Assembly: GCA_005223125.1 (NCBI GenBank)
Contig: NJBH01000008.1
Span: 1 to 64,000, forward strand
DNA length: 64,000 nt
DNA from: Promethearchaeota archaeon Loki_b32
GTDB taxonomy: Archaea > Asgardarchaeota > Lokiarchaeia > Sigyniarchaeales > SOKP01
Reading direction: 5' to 3'
In this document: positions 31,151 to 43,678 of the stretch, piece by piece
Layout: every line of letters begins with the position of its first letter
How positions within the stretch are numbered: the first letter of the stretch is position 1
The notes under the pieces: generated by a model
What the model saw: the letters and a program-made list of their open reading frames with translations, nothing else
Told to the model about the DNA's origin: nothing
The model's database searches: none
Position numbers and translations under genes: made by a program

Positions 31151-31690
31151 ATGGGAAAAAAAGACGCGGCTAAAGGGTTCGTATTTAAAATAACAGTAAT
31201 AGGGAATGGAGCTGTTGGGAAGACCTCCTTAATCAAAAAATATACTCAAGGTAGTTTTCAAAAGGATTATATTAAAACATTAGGAGCCCAATTTTCAAAA
31301 TACGATGAAGAAATTGAGGGAGATAATTGTAAGTTGTTTTTTTGGGACATTGCAGGACAAGATGAGTTTAATTTTATGCGGCCTACTTTTTATAAAGGTA
31401 GCAAGGCTGCAATCATAGTATTCTCACATACTGATGAAGATAGTTTTAAGACTATATTAGATTGGCATGAAGATATTAAAAAGTATACTGGAGAACTCCC
31501 TATTGTTTTGTTTGGGAATAAAACCGATTTAGTTGATGAAAAAGATTTAGATGATGAGAAAATAAATGAAATTGTAGAAAATAGAAATTTTCTTGGCTAT
31601 TATAAAACATCAGCAAAAACAGGACAAGGAGTTTTCGAAGCATTTCAGGCAATTATTAAAGAATTATACAACAAATTTAAAGAAGAATAG
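31151..31690 (+). CDS. Rab/Ras-like small GTPase
   Basis: GNGAVGKT, WDIAGQ, NKTD, TSAK. Confidence 0.95.
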   Translation: MGKKDAAKGFVFKITVIGNGAVGKTSLIKKYTQGSFQKDYIKTLGAQFSKYDEEIEGDNCKLFFWDIAGQDEFNFMRPTFYKGSKAAIIVFSHTDEDSFKTILDWHEDIKKYTGELPIVLFGNKTDLVDEKDLDDEKINEIVENRNFLGYYKTSAKTGQGVFEAFQAIIKELYNKFKEE

Positions 31691-31693
31691 AAA

Positions 31694-31993
31694 ATGTATG
31701 ATGATATCAATCAAGGATATCCAAAAATTTTATATTTCTCTTCAAATCATTGTGCGCCATGCAAACCAGTTGAAGAAATGTTAAAAAAAATAAATATTTC
31801 TTTGTTTGGAAAGAAATTAAGAATTGAAAAAATATCAATTGACTTAGAAGAAAATCGACAATTTACTCTAGAACATCGTGTCACTTCAGTTCCCACATTA
31901 ATTATAGCAGATAAAAGACTATCAGTAAATATAGAGGAAGAAGAAATTATAGATGCGATTCTTTATGCGTTTATATCTTCAGTTAAAATATAA
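31694..31993 (+). CDS. Thioredoxin-like protein
   Basis: CAPC motif, cis-Pro 'SVPT'. Confidence 0.85.
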   Translation: MYDDINQGYPKILYFSSNHCAPCKPVEEMLKKINISLFGKKLRIEKISIDLEENRQFTLEHRVTSVPTLIIADKRLSVNIEEEEIIDAILYAFISSVKI

Positions 31994-32046
31994 TTATTAA
32001 GTAAAGATAAAAAAAAAGATAAAAAAACAAAAATAAGTGAAATTTA

Positions 32047-32526
32047 ATGGATAGGCAATTACTCTCTAAAATTCTCGCCCAGATGAGAAGAAATTTAAAG
32101 GAAGGTAAAGATATTGGAGATATGAAAGTTGGCGCTCTATTAGCTTTAGGTCACCAACTAGAAGCAATTTTTTACTATTTAGGCCATGAGTTAGGATCTA
32201 CCTTAAAAGTAAAGCCAGTTAAAGATATATCTCAAGTTCCAGATGAACTAAAACGAATTATTGCTGAATTCAATCTTGGATCAGCTGAGATAACTGAAAG
32301 TACAGAAGAAATAATACAACTTAAACTTAAAGATCATTCTTCTATAAAAGATTTAATTAAAAAAGGAATTAAAACATCAGGAAGCTTTTGTTCATTTGAA
32401 GCAGGACTATTGGCAGGTGTACTTGAAAAATTGAGTGATCGTCATTGCTTTGCTCAAGAACTCGGATGTAGTTTACAAACAGGGCAGAATTACTGCGAAT
32501 TTATGCTCGTATTCCAAAAAGATTAA
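32047..32526 (+). CDS. V4R-domain protein
   Basis: 'YYLGHELG', 'CSFEAGLLAGVL', 'ELGCSLQTGQNYCEF'. Confidence 0.85.
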   Translation: MDRQLLSKILAQMRRNLKEGKDIGDMKVGALLALGHQLEAIFYYLGHELGSTLKVKPVKDISQVPDELKRIIAEFNLGSAEITESTEEIIQLKLKDHSSIKDLIKKGIKTSGSFCSFEAGLLAGVLEKLSDRHCFAQELGCSLQTGQNYCEFMLVFQKD

Positions 32527-32757
32527 TTACATTTATTATTTTTTGTTAATACTTTTTTTAGGAAAATTTTTTACTCTAATCAAAGTTTAATTTTTAATTA
32601 TAAAGTGTTATTAGAAAATTATTAATAAGTATAAATTATATTTTGAATATAAAAAAATTGTAAGTTTTTTATTACTATTTTTTATATTAAAAACTATTGA
32701 TTTAAATTTAATTTTAATTGCTTAATTGAACTGAATATTTAAAAAGGGTTTAATAGG

Positions 32758-33285
32758 ATGGAACCAAAGTATATTATTAAAATCTGCCTCCTTGGAGATG
32801 CCAATGTTGGGAAGACCTCACTAGTTTATAGATTTATTGAGAATAAATTTAGAGAAAATTATAAAAGTACGCTTGGTGTAAACCTTCTAAAGAAGGATAT
32901 GGATATAGCACAATATGGTGAAGTTTCTGCTCAAATCTGGGATCTTGGAGGACAAGAATCATTTAAATCTCTCAGGAAGTTATATTTAGAAGGAGCAAAT
33001 GGAGCATTATTGGTTTATGATATGACTAGCAAAAAGACTTTTGAAAAACTTGATGATTGGGTACAAGATTTCAAGGAAGCTAGAGTTGAAGCTCCAATAA
33101 TCTTAATAGGAAACAAATCTGATTTGAAAAAACAAATTAAGATAACTGAAAGTGATTCAAAAGAGTATGCAAATTCAAATAATTTAGGAATGATTATTAC
33201 TTCTGCTAAAACTGGTCAAAATGTTGAAGAAGCATTTATAGAATTGACGAAAAGAATCCTAGATCAGATTTCAGATAAGTCCTAA
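32758..33285 (+). CDS. Rab/Ras-like small GTPase
   Basis: GDANVGKT, STLGV, WDLGGQ, NKSD, TSAK. Confidence 0.95.
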   Translation: MEPKYIIKICLLGDANVGKTSLVYRFIENKFRENYKSTLGVNLLKKDMDIAQYGEVSAQIWDLGGQESFKSLRKLYLEGANGALLVYDMTSKKTFEKLDDWVQDFKEARVEAPIILIGNKSDLKKQIKITESDSKEYANSNNLGMIITSAKTGQNVEEAFIELTKRILDQISDKS

Positions 33286-33507
33286 AAAAAAATAGGTAAA
33301 TTCTTTTCTTTCATTAATTTTTAAGAGTCAATTATTATCAACTGATTTTAATAACTATCAAAATTTGGGGATTTAAGCGTTATTCTTTTTTAAATCTACC
33401 ACCTTTATAAAGGAAGATTTATTTAAATAAAAATAACAAAAAAACGTAGTTATTAAGAATATTATAATTTTACAAATTTCAAATCATAATTATCACATAA
33501 TAAAATC

Positions 33508-34182
33508 ATGCCAGAAAAAGAATTTGATGACGAATTAGATGAACGGGATGAAGAGGAAGAAGAGGGGAAAGAAGGGGAATATGATTATGAAACAGATTTA
33601 GATTATAAAATTGAAAACGTAGTAGCAACAGTTGTAGTAGAGATAACAGAAAAAATTGATTTAAATATAATAGCAAGACGTCATGCAGAAGTTGAATATA
33701 ACCCCGAACGTTTTCCTGGTCTAGTAATGCGAATTGAAAAACCACGCGCTACAATATTGATATTTTCTACGGGAAAAATGGTAGTAACTGGTCTCAGACA
33801 TGCATCAGAAGCAGATCGAGTTGTTGATAAAGTAGTAAAAAATATTAAAAAGGCTGGAATAAAAGTCTCTAATCCCGAAATTACAATTCAAAATATTGTT
33901 GCCTCAGGTGATCTCCACACAAATATAGATCTTAATATGGCCGCCATCGTGATGGAATATGCTATGTATGAACCCGAAGTATTTCCTGGACTTATATATA
34001 GAATGCAAGAACCTAAGACAGTTTTCTTAATATTTAGTACAGGACGTATTGTTTGTACTGGAGCTAAAAGAAAAGAAATTGTACGAGAGGCTGTCTTAAA
34101 TTTAAACAAGCAAGTTCGAGAGTTGGGTGTAGCCAAAAAAGATATGGCAGATTCAGATTACCAAGATATAACTTTTATCTAA
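33508..34182 (+). CDS. tbp: TATA-binding protein with acidic N-terminal extension
   Basis: Two TBP repeats: IENVVA...YNPERFPGL...LIFSTGK and IQNIVA...YEPEVFPGL...LIFSTGR. Confidence 0.97.
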   Translation: MPEKEFDDELDERDEEEEEGKEGEYDYETDLDYKIENVVATVVVEITEKIDLNIIARRHAEVEYNPERFPGLVMRIEKPRATILIFSTGKMVVTGLRHASEADRVVDKVVKNIKKAGIKVSNPEITIQNIVASGDLHTNIDLNMAAIVMEYAMYEPEVFPGLIYRMQEPKTVFLIFSTGRIVCTGAKRKEIVREAVLNLNKQVRELGVAKKDMADSDYQDITFI

Positions 34183-34252
34183 ACTAATTCTTATCTTTTT
34201 ATATTTTGTCAATCACTTAGCCTTAAAAGAAAAGAATCTTTGAAAAATAGTT

Positions 34253-34591
34253 TTAAATTGTTCTCTTCTCGTTTATTGCATCAATAGAATTAATATATTC
34301 CTTATATAACACATCTATTAATTGGTATTCTTTAGCTTTGTTAAACGCTAATAGAAACAATTGATTGAGGGTTATAGTGTTATTTATTTCATAGATATCA
34401 TCACTTAGGCCTATTTTATCACTATGTTGATCAAGAAAATTGCATAAGATATATCGATTTTCATTTCTCAAGTTGATTTTATTCAATGCACCAAACATTC
34501 TTAGAATTAATGGCGTTTGAAATCTAATTTTATTATGATGCAATGATTGAAACATCCTTAAATATTTATTTCGTTTTAAGGAAACCGACAT
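34253..34591 (-). CDS. Hypothetical protein
   Basis: 112-aa ORF, no motif recognised. Confidence 0.6.
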   Translation of the reverse strand: MSVSLKRNKYLRMFQSLHHNKIRFQTPLILRMFGALNKINLRNENRYILCNFLDQHSDKIGLSDDIYEINNTITLNQLFLLAFNKAKEYQLIDVLYKEYINSIDAINEKRTI

Positions 34592-34646
34592 AAATATAGA
34601 ATTTAATCAATCATTATTCAAAGAAAGTGTTACTGAGGTATTACAC

Positions 34647-34931
34647 TTAGTATTCAAACATGTAATCAAATCCTTTAAATTTATATGTGGGTTGTGTAAA
34701 TTCATGTTCAACCTTTTCAACCTGAGCATGCTTAGGTCCATGTTTAGAAAAGCCTAAAAGTTCTAGTAATTTATCTTGAGATCCTTCTGCCTCGATGTAA
34801 ACAGATCCATCGGGCATATTCTTAACATATCCTGTTAAACCTAATCTTCTCGCAACTTTTCGTGTAGTATAGCGAAAAAAAACTCCTTGTACGATTCCAT
34901 AAACTTTAATTTTTATGTTAGCGTCTTTCAT
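34647..34931 (-). CDS. acyP: Acylphosphatase
   Basis: GIVQGVFFR, GYVKNMPDGSV. Confidence 0.95.
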   Translation of the reverse strand: MKDANIKIKVYGIVQGVFFRYTTRKVARRLGLTGYVKNMPDGSVYIEAEGSQDKLLELLGFSKHGPKHAQVEKVEHEFTQPTYKFKGFDYMFEY

Positions 34932-35563
34932 ACTCTCAAAAAATAAAAATCTTTCTTAGAGTCGTATCCAACAACTTCATTTCTTATAAGTGTTTCAAGT
35001 ACACTAAAAAACCATCGCTTACTTGTTTTTATTACTTTTTCAAAATCTTCGATGGTTGCAGTATCTTTTATCGCTAATAAGAATAAGAATTTACTTTTCA
35101 CTGATAGATGATTTGATTTAGTTATAAAATCGAATTTTACTTCAAAATCATATTCTCTTGTCTTTAAATATACCACTTCGTTACTCAATTTTGTTATAAC
35201 TTGTTCTGTTGTTCGGAAAGCATCGAGACTGATATGAAACATGGCTTCTAAATTTTCTTTTAGTTTCTCTTCATCTGATAATTTATCAATTTCTTTATTA
35301 AATTTTTCAAGAATTTCTAAATAATCATTACCATCATCAAATCTGTTTAAACCTAAAACAATTATTATTTCTTTATTTTCGTTATAATAAGAAACCGAGT
35401 TCCAATTTTTTTCTTTTGTAATAATATAAGATTCGGTAAAATTATGTGATATTGTAATTTGTTGAACTACTGGATTTGGGATTTCCAGATCTTCCGGGTA
35501 TTTTAAATAAATCATACCTCCTTCAACCTCATCCCAACGAATTAAAAAAATCCCATTTGGCAT
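34928..35563 (-). CDS. uDENN/longin-like domain + coiled coil + winged-helix protein
   Basis: 'GIFLIRWDEVEGGMIYLKYPE' N-terminus; C-terminal wHTH-like 'VLETLIRNEVVGYD'. Confidence 0.55.
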   Translation of the reverse strand: MPNGIFLIRWDEVEGGMIYLKYPEDLEIPNPVVQQITISHNFTESYIITKEKNWNSVSYYNENKEIIIVLGLNRFDDGNDYLEILEKFNKEIDKLSDEEKLKENLEAMFHISLDAFRTTEQVITKLSNEVVYLKTREYDFEVKFDFITKSNHLSVKSKFLFLLAIKDTATIEDFEKVIKTSKRWFFSVLETLIRNEVVGYDSKKDFYFLRV

Positions 35564-35769
35564 TGGATCTAAATCAGTATCTAATTTGAATCTTAATAAT
35601 AAAATAACTGTTAATTATTAAAAATTTAATTCTTCTTTACTTAATTGATCAATTATGATATCGTAATATATATATTTGACCGCAAGCTGATAAATTTCAA
35701 CCATATTTACAGAGATTTAACTAAAAAAATAAATAATACAATATTGATCTATCACATAGAGGATTTGAT

Positions 35770-36045
35770 ATGGTTGTTTATTATGTATACATTTTAGAAG
35801 TTCTCACAAAAAATGGAAGAAAAATGTATTACACGGGATATACTAACAACCTCTATAGGAGATGGCATGAACACCGAAATGGAACAGGTGCTAAATTTTG
35901 TCGAGGTAAAAAGGATATTAAGCTAAAATATTTTGAAACTTATCAAAATAGAAAAGAAGCAATGAGGAGAGAATTGCAAATAAAGTCTTTTTCAAGGCAA
36001 CAGAAGAGAGAATTAATAAAGAGTATAACAATTGACGTAAACTAG
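35770..36045 (+). CDS. GIY-YIG nuclease (UPF0213-like)
   Basis: YVYIL, YTGYT, RRWHEH, AMRRELQIK. Confidence 0.9.
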   Translation: MVVYYVYILEVLTKNGRKMYYTGYTNNLYRRWHEHRNGTGAKFCRGKKDIKLKYFETYQNRKEAMRRELQIKSFSRQQKRELIKSITIDVN

Positions 36046-36867
36046 TTGATACTATTATTGGTTAACCAAAATTTTTTAATTTGTTTAGTAGGACTACCGG
36101 CTTCAGGGAAAAGCACTTTTGCCAATATATTAAAAAATGATCTCGAAAAAAGATTTAATAATTTGGAGGTAAAAATCATTGATCCAGATAAAATAAGACA
36201 GGATTTGACTCCAAATCAATTTAATCATAAAAAAGAACACATCATAAAAAAAGAAAATCTAAAAAAAATAAGGAGAGAATTAGAAAAAGGACATATTGTA
36301 ATTAGTGATGATTTAAATTACTACTCTAGTATGAGACATAGTTTAAAAGATATTACAGATAGTCTTAATTTATACTTTTTTATTGTTCATATAGCGACCC
36401 CTATTGAAATATGTCTGAAATGGAATGAAATTCGAGGTAAACCAATCCCAAATTTAGTTATAAACAAAGTTAAAGAGAGATTTGATGAGTTTAATAAGTA
36501 TAATTGGGATATAGCGGACGTTGTATACGACCTCTCACAAATAGCAGATTTACATGAGGTAATTGAGGAATTTTTAGTATATATTCAAAAAAAAATTGAT
36601 AATTTTAAATATAAATTAAAATTGGGAGATAGGAAAACTAACCTTTCAAACTTAGACAATGAAAATCTAGATAAAATTACAAGGATCTATGTAAGCACCC
36701 TTTTACACAATTCCTCATTTTTACCCTTGAAAAAGAGAATTATAAGATTAAGAAAAATTTATGTGAAAGAAAATAAAAATAAAGCACTTAAAGAATCAGA
36801 AATCTCAAATTCATTTAAAAATTATTTAGAAACAAATTTAAACATAAAAATTACTGAAAATCTTTAA
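36046..36867 (+). CDS. pstK: O-phosphoseryl-tRNA(Sec) kinase / KTI12-like kinase
   Basis: GLPASGKST, DPDKIR, DDLNYYSSMR, 'WNEIRGKPIP...FDE...WD'; exact start uncertain. Confidence 0.75.
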   Translation: MILLLVNQNFLICLVGLPASGKSTFANILKNDLEKRFNNLEVKIIDPDKIRQDLTPNQFNHKKEHIIKKENLKKIRRELEKGHIVISDDLNYYSSMRHSLKDITDSLNLYFFIVHIATPIEICLKWNEIRGKPIPNLVINKVKERFDEFNKYNWDIADVVYDLSQIADLHEVIEEFLVYIQKKIDNFKYKLKLGDRKTNLSNLDNENLDKITRIYVSTLLHNSSFLPLKKRIIRLRKIYVKENKNKALKESEISNSFKNYLETNLNIKITENL

Positions 36868-36943
36868 TAATCAATTTATTATAAAAATTAAAGAAAAAGA
36901 AAATAAACCATTATTACTTTTTTTAATAATAATCTTCTCATAA

Positions 36944-39229
<2,286 letters not shown>

Positions 39230-39347
39230 CTATAATCTTTTTTTAGTTTTTTATATGTATTTTACTTATATATTTTTAGATTAATTTTGTAAAATTTTAT
39301 TAAAAACATTACCTAATTATCATTATTCACACAATTAAAGAGTATAT

Positions 39348-40553
39348 ATGATGATTGAAATTAAAATTGATTGGGATGGTCACATAAGGAAATATCAAGC
39401 AGCGATGGAAGATTTAAATTTAGATTTCTGTGTTCTTACTCGAGTAAAGTCTATAACCTATCTGACAGGATGTTTTGTTCCGTGGAAAAGCTATTTTTTT
39501 CTCCCAAAAGAGGGAATGGGAGAACCAGAATTATTTACGGTGCTCTTAGATGTGGAAAGAATCAGAGCAGAAGGCCATATGAAAAATATTAGTGGATGGG
39601 GTCCTCTCAAGGGATTCTATATAGAAAAGAAACTACAAAAAGCAGCTAAAAAAGCAGGGGTATATAATCCTAAAGGGTCTGCTCCCAAAATAGGGGTAGA
39701 ATTGGGATTAGATATTTGCGTAACTGGTCAGATGCTCTCATATACTGAAGCAGAATTGTTAAAGAACGTGTTTCCAGGATGTGAACTTGTTGATTTTAAT
39801 GATAAAACTGAAAGAATACAATTTATTAAAGAACCAGAAGAGATTGCTATGCTACGTAAAGCCAGTGAAATTACTGATATTGGACAACAGGTAGTGAAAA
39901 ATTCACTCTCGGAACGTCCCCAAGGAAAAGTATTCACAGAAAATGAAATAGCAGGAATTGGTACTTTAGCTATGAGAATAGCAGGCAGCAATTATGAATG
40001 GACTTTCACAGGAAATCAAGAAATCGGTTCAGGTTATCGAGCAAGCTGGACATTTAATGGATGCACACCAGCTACAAATAAAAAGGTAAAAGAAGGAGAA
40101 TCTTTACTTGTAGACTTGCATGCCGAATATGGATGTTATCTTGGAGATTTAAGTCATAATTATATTCTTGGAACATGTCCGTCTGAGCTTAAGAAATTCA
40201 ATGAAGTATATGAGCAATTATGCTATGCTCTAATTGACAATATGTATTTAGGAAATACATTCGATAATTGTTATCAAGAAGTACATAAAGTAGCTGAAAA
40301 AGCAGGATATCCTAATGATCTTTTTTTCGGTTTGGGACACGCTATAGGCATCATAGGAAATGAATCTTCGCCAGTTGTAGTCCCTGGTAAGGATTGGGGT
40401 CATTTAACATTCGAGGAAAATATGGTGGAAATTGCAGCAATAGTATTTAATCGCCCAGGACTTGGAGGACTTCGACTTGAGTCACCTACTCTTGTTACAA
40501 GTAAAGGTGCTGAAGTACTTCCCAAAACACCATTTGAAGTTGATTATTTATAG
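39348..40553 (+). CDS. Xaa-Pro peptidase / M24 family protein
   Basis: IKEPEEI, VDL...GDLS, GLGHAIG, GGLRLE. Confidence 0.85.
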   Translation: MMIEIKIDWDGHIRKYQAAMEDLNLDFCVLTRVKSITYLTGCFVPWKSYFFLPKEGMGEPELFTVLLDVERIRAEGHMKNISGWGPLKGFYIEKKLQKAAKKAGVYNPKGSAPKIGVELGLDICVTGQMLSYTEAELLKNVFPGCELVDFNDKTERIQFIKEPEEIAMLRKASEITDIGQQVVKNSLSERPQGKVFTENEIAGIGTLAMRIAGSNYEWTFTGNQEIGSGYRASWTFNGCTPATNKKVKEGESLLVDLHAEYGCYLGDLSHNYILGTCPSELKKFNEVYEQLCYALIDNMYLGNTFDNCYQEVHKVAEKAGYPNDLFFGLGHAIGIIGNESSPVVVPGKDWGHLTFEENMVEIAAIVFNRPGLGGLRLESPTLVTSKGAEVLPKTPFEVDYL

Positions 40554-40618
40554 ATTTGTTAACTATATCATTGGAATAATTATATTTAATTTATTTTAAC
40601 AAAAAATTTCTATTTACT

Positions 40619-41761
40619 ATGGAAATCTCCAATTATCAAAAAGAAAGATTAACCAATATTTTAAAGAAATTAATTCAAATCCCTACTGAGAATCCCCCTG
40701 GAAAGACTGAAGAAGTGGTTAACTTCTTAATAAATGAAGTTTTCAGAGAAGAAGAGGGTTTTCATAATGAAGTTATTACTCATATGAAGGACGGTGTAGA
40801 ACTACATAATTTAGTAACTAAAATTGGATCTGGAAAGAAGAAAATAGTGTTATCAGGACATTTTGATGTGGTACCTGTTGGTGATCAAACTAAATGGAAT
40901 CATCCACCTTTTTCTGCTAAAATGGTAGATGGAAAAATATACGGACGAGGTTCTGCCGATATGAAAGGAGGGATAACCTCTCTAATAGGAGTAATGAAAG
41001 TATTGAACTCAGATCCCTATTTTAAGGAAAATTATGAATTAATTTTTCTTGGTACTGCCGATGAAGAAGCAGGTATGACTGGTTCTGAATTACTATCGAA
41101 GATGGGGTTTATTAACAATGCTGATTTAATAATTATAGCTGAACCAACTAATTTAAACATTGGAGTTGCTGGAAAGGGTTTATTATGGGCGACTATACAG
41201 GTTACTGGGAAATCAGCTCATGGATCTATGCCTGATAAGGGACATAATGCTATTGAGGGAGTACTTAAAATTATTCCTCAAATATATAATTGCTTAGAAG
41301 ATAAATCTAATAAAACTTTAGGAAGATCTACTATAAATATAGGTAAAATCTATGGAGGTACTAAAATAAATATCGTCCCTGATTATGCTGAATTAGAAAT
41401 AGATTTTAGATTAATCCCAGAACAAGAACATGAAAAGGTAATAAGCAATTTAAGAAAAATTGAATTAAATCCTTATTCTATTAATGTTAAAATTACAAAC
41501 TCATTGCAATCTTTATTAACTGATGTAAATCATCCTTTCATCCAAAATTTAACAAATATAACTAATTCAGAATTTATTGGTGTATCTTATGCAACTGATG
41601 CATGCAAATATGTTAATCCAACAAATTTTATTCCCTTTGTTATATTTGGTCCTGGAGATCCAAATATTGTTCATAAACCAAATGAGTGGATTCAATTAGA
41701 ACAGGTTTTTCACGCAACAGAGTTCTTAATTGATGCCCTAACAAAGACTTATCTAAAATAG
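40619..41761 (+). CDS. M20 metallopeptidase (ArgE/DapE family)
   Basis: GHFDVVP, GRGSADMKGG, DEE, HKPNE. Confidence 0.93.
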   Translation: MEISNYQKERLTNILKKLIQIPTENPPGKTEEVVNFLINEVFREEEGFHNEVITHMKDGVELHNLVTKIGSGKKKIVLSGHFDVVPVGDQTKWNHPPFSAKMVDGKIYGRGSADMKGGITSLIGVMKVLNSDPYFKENYELIFLGTADEEAGMTGSELLSKMGFINNADLIIIAEPTNLNIGVAGKGLLWATIQVTGKSAHGSMPDKGHNAIEGVLKIIPQIYNCLEDKSNKTLGRSTINIGKIYGGTKINIVPDYAELEIDFRLIPEQEHEKVISNLRKIELNPYSINVKITNSLQSLLTDVNHPFIQNLTNITNSEFIGVSYATDACKYVNPTNFIPFVIFGPGDPNIVHKPNEWIQLEQVFHATEFLIDALTKTYLK

Positions 41762-41771
41762 AATTATCTTT

Positions 41772-42923
41772 TTATATTTTATGAATAAATTTTTCAATCC
41801 TATTCATAGCTTCTTTAATTTTTTCAATTTCAGTTGCATAGGATATCCTTATCATATGATCAGAAAATGAACCAAAAACTCCGCCAGGAACGACAGCAAC
41901 TGCTTGTTCTTTCATAAGTTTTTGTGAAAATTCTTTACCAGTTAAATTAAAATTTTTTGTTGAAGGCATAACATAAAAAGCACCATGTGGTTTTACTAGA
42001 TCAAAACCAATCTCCTTTAACCTAATGTAAACTAAATTTCGTCTTTTATCAAAACTCTGATAAATTTCTTCGAAAAAATTAATACCCATTTTTAATGCTT
42101 CAATAAATCCATATTGGGCAGCATGATTTGTTCCTGCAACTGTGTATTGATGAAATTTTTCCATTAAGTCTATGATTTCTTTTGAAGCAACTGCATAACC
42201 AATTCTAAATCCAGTAGCAGAAAATGACTTTGACATAGCATTCACAGTTATAGTTCTTTCAAACATACCATTTAACGAAGCTGGACTTACATGTTTTAAT
42301 CCATCGTAAATATAATTTTCATAAACTTCATCAGTGATTAAGTATAGATCATTTTCAATAATGATTTCAACAATCTTTTTCAATTCAGTTTGATTTAGAA
42401 CATGACCAGTTGGATTATTTGGAGAATTAATTAAAATTGCCTTAGTCTTACTTGTAATAGAATTTCTAATTTTTTCAATATTGGGGCTAAAATTTTTGTT
42501 TCTTTCAACTTCTACTACCTTTACTCCAAAAAATAATGCACAATAGAAGTAAGACAGAAAATTTGGTGAAGAAATTATTAGTTCATCTCCAGGATTAAAA
42601 ATTGTTGCAAATGCTAGAGTAATTGCCTGACTACCTCCATTAGTCACAATAATATTATCTCTCCAATTGGCATTAATCTTATTAAAAGTGTTGACTTTTT
42701 TCTCTAACAATTCTAATAACTCTGGAACCCCTCTAGTAGGAGCGTACATAGTAATTTTGTTTTTTAATGCGTTAATATTTCCTTGTATTGCCGGTTCAGG
42801 AGTTGTAAAATCTGGTTGGCCAATCCCTAGGCTAATAACATCTGAACGACCTAAGGCAAGATCAAATAACTCTCTAATAGCTGATTTTGGAGCTTTAGAT
42901 ACTCTTTGAGAAGGTTCCCTCAT
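41772..42923 (-). CDS. PLP-dependent aminotransferase class I/II
   Basis: NSPNNPTG, DEVY, SKSFSATGFRIG. Confidence 0.95.
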   Translation of the reverse strand: MREPSQRVSKAPKSAIRELFDLALGRSDVISLGIGQPDFTTPEPAIQGNINALKNKITMYAPTRGVPELLELLEKKVNTFNKINANWRDNIIVTNGGSQAITLAFATIFNPGDELIISSPNFLSYFYCALFFGVKVVEVERNKNFSPNIEKIRNSITSKTKAILINSPNNPTGHVLNQTELKKIVEIIIENDLYLITDEVYENYIYDGLKHVSPASLNGMFERTITVNAMSKSFSATGFRIGYAVASKEIIDLMEKFHQYTVAGTNHAAQYGFIEALKMGINFFEEIYQSFDKRRNLVYIRLKEIGFDLVKPHGAFYVMPSTKNFNLTGKEFSQKLMKEQAVAVVPGGVFGSFSDHMIRISYATEIEKIKEAMNRIEKFIHKI

Positions 42924-43011
42924 GATTTATTCTCTTAATTTAAATATTTAAAAAAATCAGTTGGTTTATATTATGATACAAAAGAGAGTTATTTCAGACT
43001 ATTAAAATTTT

Positions 43012-43569
43012 TTAAATATTTACACCATGATTACTTAGGATTTGATTTACTAAAAGAGAAAAAGCTTCTTCAATATTTTCTCCTAGTCTTGCGCTCGTCT
43101 CAATAAAATCGCTGGCCTTAATTTTCGTAGCCAATTCTTTTCCCCTTTCTGTAGGTACTGCTATTTGATCTTTTAAATCAGTTTTATTGCCAATTAATAT
43201 ATATGCGCATTTCTTTTTTACATGTTTTTTATAATCTTTTAACCACTTATTATTGATACTTTCTAAGGTATTATACCGAGTGACATCATAAACTAGAAGA
43301 GCTCCTTGGCACCCCTGAAAGTACATACTCCTAACTACCCGATATTTCTCTTGACCAGCAAGATCCCACATGATTAATCTAACTCTTGCATTATCTAAGT
43401 TAACATCTTTACGTACTATATTAGCTCCTAATGTAGGTTTATAGTCTTCTTGAAATGAACCTTCTACAAATTGATTTATTAATGATGTTTTGCCTACTGC
43501 GGCATCTCCAATAATCACAATCTTAAAAACAAATTCTCGTAATTCTCTAGCTTTTTCTTCTATTGTCAT
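43012..43569 (-). CDS. Rab/Ras-like small GTPase
   Basis: GDAAVGKT, PTLG, WDLAGQ, NKTD, ETSA. Confidence 0.95.
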   Translation of the reverse strand: MTIEEKARELREFVFKIVIIGDAAVGKTSLINQFVEGSFQEDYKPTLGANIVRKDVNLDNARVRLIMWDLAGQEKYRVVRSMYFQGCQGALLVYDVTRYNTLESINNKWLKDYKKHVKKKCAYILIGNKTDLKDQIAVPTERGKELATKIKASDFIETSARLGENIEEAFSLLVNQILSNHGVNI

Positions 43570-43678
43570 TCTGCAATTTATTATTTTGTTGTATGTCTAT
43601 TTAAAACTTTATTCTAGTTTTTATAAGATCTTCTTTTGTTATTATGGAAGGATTTCTATTATTATCTTCGTTGTTATA

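Noticed and set aside
35770-36045. GIY-YIG nuclease as a mobile homing endonuclease
   Set aside because: Small stand-alone UPF0213-like form with no intron or intein context.
36046-36867. Selenoprotein or SECIS element near the PSTK-like gene
   Set aside because: I saw no ORF interrupted by an in-frame TGA at a Cys position and no convincing SECIS by eye; a dedicated search was not possible.
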